DNA of 63,812 bases, the filler included, from Octopus bimaculoides (taxonomy: Eukaryota): NCBI RefSeq assembly GCF_001194135.2. It is 5 parts of 4 records of this genome, joined end to end, with 100 filler letters (N's around TTAATTAATTAA, not from the genome) between each part and the next. Parts side by side here need not be neighbours in the genome. Positions count along the whole stretch, not along the records: positions 12,081 to 25,235 come from NC_068988.1; positions 25,336 to 43,360 come from NC_068988.1; 3 more parts are not named here. One strand, 5' to 3'. Positions 23,244 through 36,683 of this stretch are shown here, piece after piece. Every line of letters begins with the position of its first letter. Positions within the stretch are counted from its first letter, which is position 1. A model generated the notes under the pieces. It saw only the letters and a list, made by a program, of their open reading frames with translations, was not told the origin of the DNA and ran no database searches. A program made the position numbers and the translations under genes.

Positions 23244-26200
23244 ATTGCTAATTTTATTGGTCATTTTGTTGCTGCTTTTGCTGTTGTTGCTAATATCACT
23301 GTTATTTCTAGCGTTAGTGCTATTGAGGATTTTTCTGCTGCTGCTGGCGTTACTGTTGCTTTTGCTTTTACTGCCATATTAGGTGTCACAGTTGTTGCTG
23401 TTACTACTACAACTATTGCTGTTGCAATCATTATTGTTATTGCCGCTGTTGTTGCTAATATTACTACTGTTGCTTGCATTACTGTTTCTCCTGTTACGTT
23501 AATATATTTGCTGTTGATACTGCTGTTACTGAATTACTTTTGGTTTTGGTGTTTGTGCCGTTGCTATTGCTAGCGGTTTTTTGGTTGTGGCTATTAACAC
23601 TATTACTAATATTATTACTGTTGCTGCTAAAGCTAATATTACCGCTCTTACTGTTGTTGTGAGTATTACTACTACTGCGAACATTACTGCCGCTGATAAT
23701 ATAACAGCTGTTGCTAACACTAATGATGTTGCAAACACTACTGTTGTTGCTAGCATTATTGCTGCAATTGTTAATAACATTACTGCAATAGTTTCTGCTT
23801 TTGCACTTTCTGATATTTTTGGTGTTACTATTGTTGCTCTTGTCGCTATCATTACTACTGTTGCTGAGTTAGTATTGTTGTTGCTAATAATATTGCTTTT
23901 GCTGACTTTTTGATGTTACTACTGATGCTAATATTACTGCACTTACTGATGCTGTTGTTGTTNNNNNNNNNNNNNNNNNNNNNNNNNNNNNNNNNNNNNN
24001 NNNNNNNNNNNNNNNNNNNNNNNNNNNNNNNNNNNNNNNNNNNNNNNNNNNNNNNNNNNNNNNNNNNNNNNNNNNNNNNNNNNNNNNNNNNNNNNNNNNN
24101 NNNNNNNNNNNNNNNNNNNNNNNNNNNNNNNNNNNNNNNNNNNNNNNNNNNNNNNNNNNNNNNNNNNNNNNNNNNNNNNNNNNNNNNNNNNNNNNNNNNN
24201 NNNNNNNNNNNNNNNNNNNNNNNNNNNNNNNNNNNNNNNNNNNNNNNNNNNNNNNNNNNNNNNNNNNNNNNNNNNNNNNNNNNNNNNNNNNNNNNNNNNN
24301 NNNNNNNNNNNNNNNNNNNNNNNNNNNNNNNNNNNNNNNNNNNNNNNNNNNNNNNNNNNNNNNNNNNNNNNNNNNNACTGTCGTTGCTGTTGCTATCGCT
24401 GACATAATAATGTTGTTGCTGGTGTTATTCCTGTTGTTGCGACTGTTACAGACGTCAATGTTGTTGCTGCTCTTACTAGTGTTGCTAATTTTATTGATGT
24501 TAATGGTGATTTTGCTGTAGTGTATGTCACTGATATCGTTACTGTTGTTGATGTTATAGTTATGTCTGTCGGGTAAAGAAGTAATTGTTATCGGTGATGT
24601 CTCGGTCGTAGTTGTCAAATTTTATTTTAGGTACTGCTGCTGCTGCTGTTGCTGTTACTAACATGGCTACTACTGTTACTGTTCGTATGCTAATTTACTA
24701 CGTGTACTAATATGCTGTTTTGGATGTGGAGGTGCTGCTATTGGTCTGTGTGGTTACGGTGGTGATGACTGTGGCGGTATATGTAAGTAGCGGTGATGGT
24801 AGTGTTAGCGATGGTGGTGATGGTGATGGTGATGATAGCGCTTGTAGCGATGGTGGTGGTAGTCGTCGTGGTTTTGATGGGGATAATGGTGGTGATGACA
24901 GTGTTGGTAGTATGGAAGTGGTAGGGATAGAGATGGCAGTGATGGTATCGATGGTGACGGTGATAGCTGTGATGGTGAAGAGGGCAGTGTCGGTGATAGT
25001 AGTGGTTGTGATGGTGATAGTGGTGATGAGGGTAGCGTCGGTGATAGTCGTGGTTGTGATGGTGTTGGTAGTGATAGTAGTGGTGGTGACTGTGTTGTTT
25101 GAGGCGATGGTGGTGGTGGTGGTGACGATGGTGGTGGTGGTTGTGATGGTTGTGGTGGTTGTGGTGGTGGTGGTGGTTGTTGTAGTGGTGGTGGTTGTGA
25201 TGGTTGTGGTGGTTGTGGTGGTTGTGGTGGTGGTGNNNNNNNNNNNNNNNNNNNNNNNNNNNNNNNNNNNNNNNNNNNNTTAATTAATTAANNNNNNNNN
25301 NNNNNNNNNNNNNNNNNNNNNNNNNNNNNNNNNNNTATATCAACAAACTTTGAGTTAGTAGTTATCTGCCAATTGTTGAACTAGGTAGTAGGACCCTTCC
25401 TAATTCACACTTAACCAATAGAATTATCTTGGACTTCTCTTCTACTTTTAGAATATAAAATCTCTTTACAAAAGCTACATTTCCTGGTTTGTTTGGAGAT
25501 ATTGAAATACAGCCAATAGATCTTGAAAGGTGACGCAGATCACTTTTAATTTGATTTACCATATCATATACAGCAAAACATAAAATAGTTTTAGTTAAAG
25601 GAGTGAAGAGTTACTGACAATCATTTTGAAGATTCAAACAAATTTTGCTTTACAAAACCATTAATATTTGCTTATATATTTTGGTCTCGAAAGGTGTGCT
25701 ATTGGATCGATGTTTCTTCGCTGAAGCGCAAATGTTGTGTACATTAAAAATAGCATTTATGTAATATGGAACATAAATTTCAGTCCACGTATCAAAAACG
25801 ATTTATGTTTAGATACGAAAATAACAGCTTATATGAACCCACTTCAATATTTTAACGTACTTTAATTATTGACTAATTACAACAATGTTATAATGTTTGT
25901 AAATTCTATAAAATATAAATGGTAATGCTTGACTAATGACTTCGTTTTACATATGTAACTTCGTACTTTAAACATGAAAAACATTAAGAATCATTCCAGC
26001 TAAATTTTAGGCTATTTGCATAGCAGCTGTTGGAAGCATTTTATCAGACTTCATATTCAAGTCTTCTGTAAACTCGGGAGTTTTTTTGCATGTGCTTCAT
26101 TCATGTACTTTAACTAAGCAACTAATCTTTCCTGAGTGACATTTTCACATATTCAAAAGTAAAGAAAATATATGGAAGTAGAGGGATAGGAAAAGAGCCC

Positions 26201-26299
26201 TCTAACTATGAGAAACATGACAGAATATGAAATGGAAGAGTGAGACGCCGTCCTACGTCATGATCACGACTCTCAGACACTACTTTTTTCTTGTGTTGA

Positions 26300-27050
26300 T
26301 TTAATTATAATTACAGCACACATTGTCGGACGTGTCGATCTGCAACATTTCCGACACAATTACAGTAATATTTTCAGCAGATTCTTCCCCGTATCGTCTG
26401 CGACATAGTAATGTTGGGATGCTACTAAAGAATACAGCTTCCGTGGAAATGGCTCCAGATCGAGCGCGTTAAAAGGGGAGAGTCTGATAATTTTTTGACT
26501 GACCGAACATGCAGTGCCAAACTATTTCGATAGATGACAATTTACTTTGACTATGACAGTGAACCAGACCTTCAAAATGCGTGTGAAACCGGCCACCGAA
26601 ATGTGTACCTTCAAGTACTTGTGGTGGACCCTATCAAAAACTTTGTTTGATCTAAGTTAATCCGTGTCTCAGCTATATCAGGTTGCTTACTATAGTATAG
26701 CGCATCACTGATCAGTCTGTCAACAAGCGCCAACCTCTTGGCAAACGCCATGTGCCGAAACTTAGCTGCGTTTACCTAAAATTATCGACATAGGAAGATA
26801 AGACTCGAACGGCAAAACATCCAGTGATTTCTACATTCTGAAGGTAGGCAACACATTACCTATATTTTGGGCTGTCATCGCAGAACTCCGAATTCTTGGA
26901 AGAAACATGAGTCAGGCCGTTGAGGTAGGAGAGTAGGAGATAAAAACCCTGCCTCGTCTCCAGTCCACAATTAAACAAATTGCAGCAGAAATTTCGCACA
27001 CAACTGCTTGGATTCGAATAGCAACGGTCTAAGATGGCCCGCTAAAGAAC
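26300..27050 (-). mobile_element. Tx1/L1-like LINE RT remnant, highly decayed
   Basis: Minus strand gives pieces AFAKRLALV, NLDQ.KVFDRVHHKYL, LSP...ALDLEPFPRKL and a degenerate ADD. Confidence 0.65.
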
Positions 27051-28063
27051 GAACAGTATCTTTGCTACTACGTTGCCTTTGTCGAAAATTTCTTTGGAAG
27101 AAGAGAGGTTAGAAACTCAGTTAATAATATTAGATATCAGATTTTTAAATACGATAGGAGGGTAACAAGACTTTGTATATATATGTCAATTTCTCATTAA
27201 ACTCATTATTAGCGCTTTAATACATGTATTGTAACCTCTAAATAATNNNNNNNNNNNNNNNNNNNNNNNNNNNNNNNNNNNNNNNNNNNNNNNNNNNNNN
27301 NNNNNNNNNNNNNNNNNNNNNNNNNNNNNNNNNNNNNNNNNNNNNNNNNNNNNNNNNNNNNNNNNNNNNNNNNNNNNNNNNNNNNNNNNNNNNNNNNNNN
27401 NNNNNNNNNNNNNNNNNNNNNNNNNNNNNNNNNNNNNNNNNNNNNNNNNNNNNNNNNNNNNNNNNNNNNNNNNNNNNNNNNNNNNNNNNNNNNNNNNNNN
27501 NNNNNNNNNNNNNNNNNNNNNNNNNNNNNNNNNNNNNNNNNNNNNNNNNNNNNNNNNNNNNNNNNNNNNNNNNNNNNNNNNNNNNNNNNNNNNNNNNNNN
27601 NNNNNNNNNNNNNNNNNNNNNNNNNNNNNNNNNNNNNNNNNNNNNNNNNNNNNNNNNNNNNNNNNNNNNNNNNNNNNNNNNNNNNNNNNNNNNNNNNNNN
27701 NNNNNNNNNNNNNNNNNNNNNNNNNNNNNNNNNNNNNNNNNNNNNNNNNNNNNNNNNNNNNNNNNNNNNNNNNNNNNNNNNNNNNNNNNNNNNNNNNNNN
27801 NNNNNNNNNNNNNNNNNNNNNNNNNNNNNNNNNNNNNNNNNNNNNNNNNNNNNNNNNNNNNNNNNNNNNNNNNNNNNNNNNNNNNNNNNNNNNNNNNNNN
27901 NNNNNNNNNNNNNNNNNNNNNNNNNNNNNNNNNNNNNNNNNNNNNNNNNNNNNNNNNNNNNNNNNNNNNNNNNNNNNNNNNNNNNNNNNNNNNNNNNNNN
28001 NNNNNNNNNNNNNNNNNNNNNNNNNNNNNNNNNNNNNNNNNNNNNNNNNNNNNNNNNNNNNNN

Positions 28064-28258
28064 GCGTGGGAGTGCTAAAATGTTCCTGACTTTAAGGGTA
28101 TCGTGAAAGACCGTTGGGGGCACCAACATCTGATTTCTCCGGAGGGCTTAGAAAAACGGAAGGGCCACTTCAGTAAGTGTGTTTACCTGAGAGGGTAGTA
28201 TGTTGAATACAATCATAATTACCTTGCACAAGGCCAAGAACTTTTCAGCAGTCCCTCG
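28064..28258 (+). mobile_element. Mariner-derived MITE, uninterrupted copy
   Basis: TIRs cgtgggagtgctaaaatgttcct / aagaacttttcagcagtccctcg followed by TA; internal KCVYLRG.YVE transposase C-terminal remnant. Confidence 0.8.
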
Positions 28259-29969
28259 TATATATAAAAACACATATGCAAGCTTAAATTTGAGACTGCC
28301 TTAAAATATCGCCAGAAATTGGTCCCCACAGTTGCTCGCCCATGGTAAATAACTTCCCGATCACGCTTATATTACACCGTATTGTCTAATACATTAAGTT
28401 GTATAGTTGCGAGATATACTGCGTATGATAGAATACAGGATGGTCACGGGTGGAATGCATTTGACTATAGTCATTTTACATAAGTGTTTCATATGTGAGG
28501 AAGTACAGATACAATTAAACGTATTACAAAGAACTGAGTTGTGGAACGTAAAATATATATATTTAATTTCCCTTTCATACTAACATATCTTATTCTTTTC
28601 TATTATAATACATTCTGCCTACTGGCTTAAATGTGTCTAATCTATAGCATTCATACTATTAGTTTCTTTGCTTCCATTTGAAGGGCCAACTAATAATTTA
28701 AATATCATTGATTAATGCTGTAACCTAGTGTCAAAATCTTAAGAGATTTTAAATTATTAGAAACGCCGTTTTCATTGAGTAGTTAGTATTATTTCATTGA
28801 TCATAGATGGTTATTTAAATAAAACAAACATAGGGAGATGTATCTGAGTATCTAAGAAAGAAATAGATTTTCAATACATCATTCAAAATTATTCATTGAT
28901 ATAATTGTAGAATAAATGAAAACCTCTGAGACTATTTTCCTTGTGGACTTTCTTCATGCTACATTCAATATATTTTATGTCCATTTATCACGATGAATGA
29001 ACTATATTCATTTCATTTTAATACCGTTGCTATGAAAAGAATTCTTAGAACATTAGACAAATGTTGGCGTTATTTAGTACTTCTCCATGTATTGAATTCT
29101 AACGAGTTCGCTTTCCGTGTGCATCTTTCTTGTTTCGACAAAATATACGTCCCGTGAAAATATACGTTACACACACACACACACATAAACAGTGAGAAGT
29201 GGATATAAGCCAATATCACATTCTAACAACGGACCATGCAAACTGACAAGACATTTTTGATATAACGCTGAATGAATTTACATTCCTGATTAAACTATTT
29301 TAGACTATGTAACTATATTACATACAACAATTTTATTTATTCAGAAATAATCGGCAATGAAAACAAAATGAGTTACTTATTAATGGATAACTGGAGACAA
29401 TTCAAATTTTCAGCTACTTTTGGCTTCAGACATTACTTAGTACCTCATACATATACTCTTCCATGGGGCGTAGGTGGATGAGAAGTCACTGTCTCAAATT
29501 GAGGATGTGAGGGCTGCAATTGTATACTTTTCAAGGGCTGAACTCGTACGGCCTTAGCGAATTTGAAATTTGCACTCATTAGATGAAGGTAAATTGATGT
29601 GGTTTGTTTAAAGACAACAACCCGCGTGATTTAGACACCAAACCTACGGTCATGTGACAGTGAAACTGCTCCTTAAATTTTTAGCGTTCCCAACATCATA
29701 AGGAACCTTTAAAAAAATACTTTTTCGATGTTCTACGTTACGCAGTTTCCACGCTGCTTTCATTCAGTAATTTAGAAAGCGAGGATAACAATGTGCCGTA
29801 TTAAATTTGATTGAATGATTAAAGTATTCTCTTCTGTCAGCATGCATTCCACAGGAGCATTAATGTTTATCCGTATGGTGAACGTTACCTCGGCACAAAA
29901 CATATACATATTAACCAGAGTGCATATTTATAAATTATACTCCGCTGGTATTCAAATATTCCATATATA

Positions 29970-30188
29970 TAGGCGCAGGAGTGGCTGTGTGGTAAGTAGC
30001 TTGCCTATCAACCACATGGTTCTGGGTTCATTCCCACTGCGTGGCACTTTGGGCAAGTGTCTTCTACTATAGTCTCGGGTCGACAAAAGCCTTGTGAATG
30101 GATTTGGTAGACGGAAACTGAAAGAAGCCCGTCGTATATATGTATATATATATACACACACATAAATATATATATATATATATATATA
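29970..30188 (+). mobile_element. SINE family A 5' half, running into a gap
   Basis: taggcgcaggagtggctgtgtggtaagtagc...ggaaactgaaagaagcccgtcg then (TA)n. Confidence 0.92.
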
Positions 30189-30338
30189 NNNNNNNNNNNN
30201 NNNNNNNNNNNNNNNNNNNNNNNNNNNNNNNNNNNNNNNNNNNNNNNNNNNNNNNNNNNNNNNNNNNNNNNNNNNNNNNNNNNNNNNNNNNNNNNNNNNN
30301 NNNNNNNNNNNNNNNNNNCACACACACACACACACACA

Positions 30339-30374
<36 letters not shown>

Positions 30375-31385
30375 CTATTTGAAACAAATATTTCTTAAAT
30401 AATGCTTATCACTAGATGTGTAGCTAATATTGTATAACATATTATATCTGTCTTCATGTGCAAAGATACGTGCTATTGCATTTGCAATTTTGGACATCTT
30501 ATAAATTTGATAAAGTGTGGACATTTTCTTTCAAAAAATTTTATCAAGTTAATGTTTCATAGAGGCACTACACCTTTCATTTACGAAAGAATTGGTCCGG
30601 ATGTATATGGAATCGAACGCTAAAAAGGCTGCTAATTAAACATTTACAGAAGGTAGTTCCGTGAGATTTGCCTAAGTGAGGATTTAGTAAAAGGTTTGCG
30701 ATTAATTAGCAGATTTAGTGTTTCCAAATTATATTCATCTGAAAGGACATGGCTAGTAAACATACTTGATGTTACACCCTTGGTCTCTAAGAAGATACTG
30801 CATTAGAATTATTTGAAGAGGCGAGAATGAATTTTAAAAAATTAAGATAATTATTTTTCTGAAACTTATATTTTAATTCCAATGAAAACAACTTGATAAG
30901 AACGCAGATAAATTTAAGCACTAAATTTCAATTATTATCAATCGATCAATTTGAAATAAACGTGATTGATTATTGAAAAGCTTATTATTAGAATGAACGA
31001 TTAATCATTGAAATGCATTTGCATAATAAAAGGTGAAGTAGTTTATTATGAAGAAAATGTAATGGATTAAACAACTTTGCAAATTTATTCCTTTTCATTT
31101 CTAGTACTCAGAATCACAAAGAAGCTGAAATCTTTTTAAAAACTTGTCAAATCCGTTTTAACTATATGGCTAATCATCCAAATAACTATTTGGAAATTTG
31201 ATGGATTATTTATTGATATCCTTATTAAGTCGTAAAAGTTTGTTACTGGAATTACTGACACGTTCTATTAGCTACATGGCGAGTGAAATCAATGAATGCG
31301 TTTCTTAGGAAACGTTATTGTATTTCCTATACCCGCTCCAAAAGTTACAGTAAACAAACAAGCAAAACGAGTAATAACACCAATG

Positions 31386-31386
31386 C

Positions 31387-31473
<87 letters not shown>

Positions 31474-31853
31474 NNNNNNNNNNNNNNNNNNNNNNNNNNN
31501 NNNNNNNNNNNNNNNNNNNNNNNNNNNNNNNNNNNNNNNNNNNNNNNNNNNNNNNNNNNNNNNNNNNNNNNNNNNNNNNNNNNNNNNNNNNNNNNNNNNN
31601 NNNNNNNNNNNNNNNNNNNNNNNNNNNNNNNNNNNNNNNNNNNNNNNNNNNNNNNNNNNNNNNNNNNNNNNNNNNNNNNNNNNNNNNNNNNNNNNNNNNN
31701 NNNNNNNNNNNNNNNNNNNNNNNNNNNNNNNNNNNNNNNNNNNNNNNNNNNNNNNNNNNNNNNNNNNNNNNNNNNNNNNNNNNNNNNNNNNNNNNNNNNN
31801 NNNNNNNNNNNNNNNNNNNNNNNNNNNNNNNNNNNNNNNNNNNNNNNNNNNNN

Positions 31854-31952
<99 letters not shown>

Positions 31953-31959
31953 TAATAAC

Positions 31960-31991
<32 letters not shown>

Positions 31992-32040
31992 TAATAATAA
32001 TAAAAATTATAATAATAATAATAATTATTACTATTATTAT
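31386..32040. repeat. (AAT)n microsatellite spanning a gap
   Basis: Visible on both sides of the N-run. Confidence 0.95.
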
Positions 32041-32916
32041 AATCCTGTTGGCTTCCTCTGATCGCCATTCTTGTCTTCACAGATAAGAGATGCCCTCTTC
32101 CTAGGCAGTTCTTTTTATTACATGGCCAAAATATTTGTGTCACTCCTTTATTATCACCTTTCAAATGCAAGATATCATGAGCAAAGTCATTTTTTATTCA
32201 ATAGTTTAACTATGGTTTATATCATTTAATCGTGTTACGAGGAGGCAGGCATTGCTCTGCCTATAAGGTGTACGCTTCGAAAGTAATAATTTTATGAATC
32301 CATCACGCTATACGAAAACTGTCCCTCGGAGCATTTAGCTCCTGTTATTTCTTGTCGTTTGAGAGACCACACAAAACTCGTCCATTGTCTTGAATCTGAT
32401 TTTAATCTACATAGAAACAGTTGCTGATAGCTCATTGAGCCAAAGATGAATTGCGATCAATTCTACTTTAGGGACGTGGAATATATCCACAAAGAATAAT
32501 TCGGGCACTTTTATCGCTTATATTCCTAAGAAGTTTGAATTAGGATAGAATGTTTTATTATAATGTAGATATATTGCTTGTATAAAGTTCAGAGACACAA
32601 TTAGAAATGAGATTTATATGAGATAAATACGGAAAATTTTGAATTAATTTGCATTTTTCAATTTTCATTTTTACGATATATGAACCATGTTGTATATGCT
32701 GGCTTTGATATCTAATGTAAACTTATGAAACCTGTTTTATGTTTACACCAACAATATTCCAAATTATTCACATGCGATTGGCGCTACGATACGTGTATTA
32801 CTGAGCAGTTTTAGACGGATAAATGCAGCTTTTATGTAGAAAGTAAAGTATGTTTTCGTATTAACTTTATCGTAAACATTTTCTTTATCCGTAAAACATG
32901 TCATTTATTATTATTA

Positions 32917-33075
32917 AGGCATTGAGATGTGAGAACCGTTAACGTGCAGACAAAATGGTTAGCGGTATTTCTTGTATCTTAGCGTTCTGAGTTAACATTC
33001 TGCCGAGAACAAATTTGTCTTTCATCGCTTCTGGATCGAGAGAATAAGTACTAGCAGAACATTGGGGGTACACTT
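32917..33075 (+). mobile_element. SINE family D, diverged, after (TTA)n
   Basis: ttattattattaaggc...agcgttctgagtt...tttcatcgcttctggatcgagagaataagtact. Confidence 0.65.
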
Positions 33076-33735
33076 AACGAGTGTACTAAAGAAATAGGGA
33101 AAATGTTAATTAGTGGGAACCCATTGTTGTAGGAGTGTGTTTTCATATAATCGCATTATCTCTTTGTGAATTGGGTGCCCGAGAAACCTCGAATACTTGA
33201 AATGCTTTAATGAATTATATGCGTGAGTTCGCGGAGTTTCAAGAAGGAAGCAAAATGATTAAAATTTATTCATCAAATCCCTTGATAATGATGATCGTAT
33301 CTATATTTTTTTATATATCATATGCACTACTAGTTGCATTACCGATAGATTATATTTCTATTAGATTGATGATATGTAAATGCATTTGCCAAACATACAG
33401 CGTTATTTCATTCTGGGAATACGAAATGAGAGTTGGTATTTCAGCATTGCCATCTCATGAATATATAAATAGTGATGGAAAGATTTTCTGGAGGGAATGG
33501 AAATAATTATTCTGAAGCAAAAAGAATTCATACTAGTTTAAACATAAGATATGCCCTGGATCAATCAGTCAATCTTTCGGATTGTTTTTGCTCAGTGCTT
33601 CTGAAACATAATTTATGTAGCTTATAAATAACAACATCGCGATATATACCCGCATACACACACAAGTTTATTCATGTAAATATTTATGTGAGACTGTGTG
33701 TTTGCTTGTGTGTGTGTGCGTGCCTGCGCGCGCGC

Positions 33736-33816
<81 letters not shown>

Positions 33817-35529
33817 TGTGTGTTGCTCAAAAGCACCAGCTTCCTTCTACAGCATTAATTTGCAGTGACTGAAATTTCCTCCCCATCATATGACCTTTGA
33901 TTAATACATTTCCTACATTTGACCCACCACTAGCAATTCTAATCTATCAAGCGGACGAAATATTGATCTAATAGACCAAGATGACCAATGCGAAGAATAT
34001 CCGACAAGACGGGTGCAACATATGAGAAGAAACGATGAAAATCATCATCTCTTTTCAAATTGATAAAATATACATTGTTTGGCTTAGTAACGATGATATC
34101 ATAACAGATAGCCATTTACTCCTTCACCTCGTTGAATGTCTTAAACAGGCTCTGCAGTTGGATAAAAAAAACTCTATCGCAGGGAGAACGACTAAAAATG
34201 AGTATCACTTCTTACGTTCTCCATCTATTGTAAAGGCACAACTTTTAAAAGCAGAAAGACAGCATGGAAGACATTTGAAGGGCATCTAAGACTGGTGGGA
34301 ACAAGGGAAATGTATTACTGAGGTTAGAAATATGTTCTAAGTTCTCGTAATAGAAATAGTTCAAATGAAAAGGTAATAACGTCCTTCTCAGATATTTCAA
34401 ATGGTGTACATCGTTAATAGGCAGTGCCTATTTTTTTGATTCTACAGCAAAACGGTATGAAGAGGTCCAGCATATTACATCTAAAATCTAAGAACATGAA
34501 TGTGATCACAGCGATGAGTTATCAAGCAGCGACTCATCGCTGAGTCTTCGGATGTTTACGGAGCACATATTTCAGTGAAGTACGACAGTGGTCATACAAA
34601 GGTCAAATGTTACATCGCAGCTGTGTAAGAAAAATTTAAATCTAGATGTCACAACCATCTTTTGAATTTTAGGTTCTATGATAAGAGACATCCAACGACA
34701 ATTTCAACTCTAATCTGGACATTTAAAAACCGAAAATACCTACTTCGATAACGAATGAAAACACGGACTCTTTATTGACGGGTCTAAAAAATGTTCTGTG
34801 TGTACTTTTGAAGACCTAGATCTCTTAAAACACTTGAGAACATCTAAAAATTACATGAATTCAAGGAACGAGATTTTCTGTATGACCGCATTTCAAGAAA
34901 TACATCTTATCAGAATGTAACCCCATAACACAGATCACATAGCGTACCATTAGTATCTTGTTTATGTTTGCATGACATTGAATTGTTGTTACATTGGTAA
35001 TCTACTCCGTGTTTTTCTTCTTGTCCTTTTTCTAGCGTCTATTGTTTAAAAGTTATCAGCTCCAAAGTTCACTGATAAACGGTCTTGCTCTCAGGTTCAT
35101 AAAGAGCGAAATAAATGAGCATTTCGACCAGGAAAACCTGTGTAACTGTATTTAACAAGATGTGTGTTTTTTTATAAAGAATGTTTTGATATTAACTTTA
35201 TCGTAAACATATTCTTTATGCGTAAATCATGTCATTTATTATTTAGGCATTGTGATGTGAGAACCGTTAACATGCATAAGAAAATAATTAAAGTGATGGA
35301 AATATGCACAGCGGGAGACAAGAATGGCTAGATGTTTATCGGGGAGTTTAATGACACCTACTTAACTGTGCGTACGTGGGAGTGTGTGAGGATCACCCGG
35401 AAGTTACTCTGTGTGTACTGATGCATATAACATTTTATTCATGATATATTTATTTGTCCAATTCTTCCTATGTTGTTTTTTTCTTATTTACTCTTTCTCT
35501 TTGATTTACTACTAAATACATGTAGACAT

Positions 35530-35950
35530 TCTTTTACTCTTTTACTCTTTTACTTGTTTCAGTCATTTGGCTGCGGCCATGCTGGAGCACCGCCTTTAGT
35601 CGAACAAATCGACCCCAGGGCTTATTCTTTGGAAGCCTAGTACTTATTCTATCATTCTGTTTTGCCGAACCGCTATGTTTATGGGGTCGTAAACACGCCA
35701 GCATCGGTCGTCAAGCGAGGTAGGGGGGGGGTAACAAACACAGACACACAAACATATACACACACATATGTATATACATATATACGACGGGCTTCTTTCA
35801 GTTTTCCGTCTACCAAATCTACTCACAAGGCTTTGGTCGGCCTGAGACTATAGTAGAAGACACTTGCCCAAAGTCTCACGCAGTGGGAATGAACCCAGAA
35901 CCATGAGGTTGGTATGCAAGCTACTTACCACACAGCCACTTCTGCGCCTA
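35530..35950 (-). mobile_element. SINE family A, full length, near-consensus
   Basis: Tail (cttttact)n at the left, head ...cacagccacttctgcgccta at the right. Confidence 0.92.
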
Positions 35951-36158
35951 CATTGTATATAACACCACAACGAGATTTTTCCCTCACTATGCATACACGA
36001 GGCGGTTAAACTTACTGCAGCTAACAACACGTTCTGCTACAACCGAGTGTAATATTCATTATAAGATCACATTACGCGTAACTACAGTAGGGAGGAATGC
36101 ACCACAACCGGTTGTATAGCATCAAACCCGCGAGGAATCGATGTAGGATGAGCCGAGA

Positions 36159-36194
<36 letters not shown>

Positions 36195-36205
36195 GCACAC
36201 ATAAT

Positions 36206-36350
36206 TTCTCTTATTCTTTTATTTGTTTCAGTCATTTGTCTGTGGCCTAGTACTTATACTATCGGTCTCTTAGCCGAAAGGCTAAGTTACGGGGACGTAA
36301 ACACACCCGCATCGGTATCCAAGCGATGGTGGGGAGACAAGCACACGCAC
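36206..36350 (-). mobile_element. SINE family A 3' fragment
   Basis: gtttcagtcatt...ggctaagttacggggacgtaaacacacc. Confidence 0.8.
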
Positions 36351-36370
36351 ACAAACATACACACAAATAT

Positions 36371-36425
<55 letters not shown>

Positions 36426-36651
36426 TATATTTATATATGTCTCTGTGTGTGTCTCCACTTTTACTGAAACTTTTTCCAGCCCTAATCTTACTCCCTCTTT
36501 CTTCATCCTTAGCCCCTTTTCCGCCCACGACTGCCTCACATGGACTTTGTCTTTCCCTCTCTTTCTTACTCTTCTCCTTCGTTCTCCCTCTTTCTCTCTG
36601 TCATTTCCCCTCTCTTTCTACTTTAGCTCCTTCGTTTCTCTCTCTCTGTGT

Positions 36652-36683
<32 letters not shown>

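Larger units (their letters stand above)
21150..25235. repeat. About 4-kb cryptically simple trinucleotide domain (GCT/GTT/ACT/ATT, then GGT/GAT)
   Basis: Strong 3-nt periodicity with recurring gctaatattactactg...gcattactgctgtt units. Confidence 0.85.
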
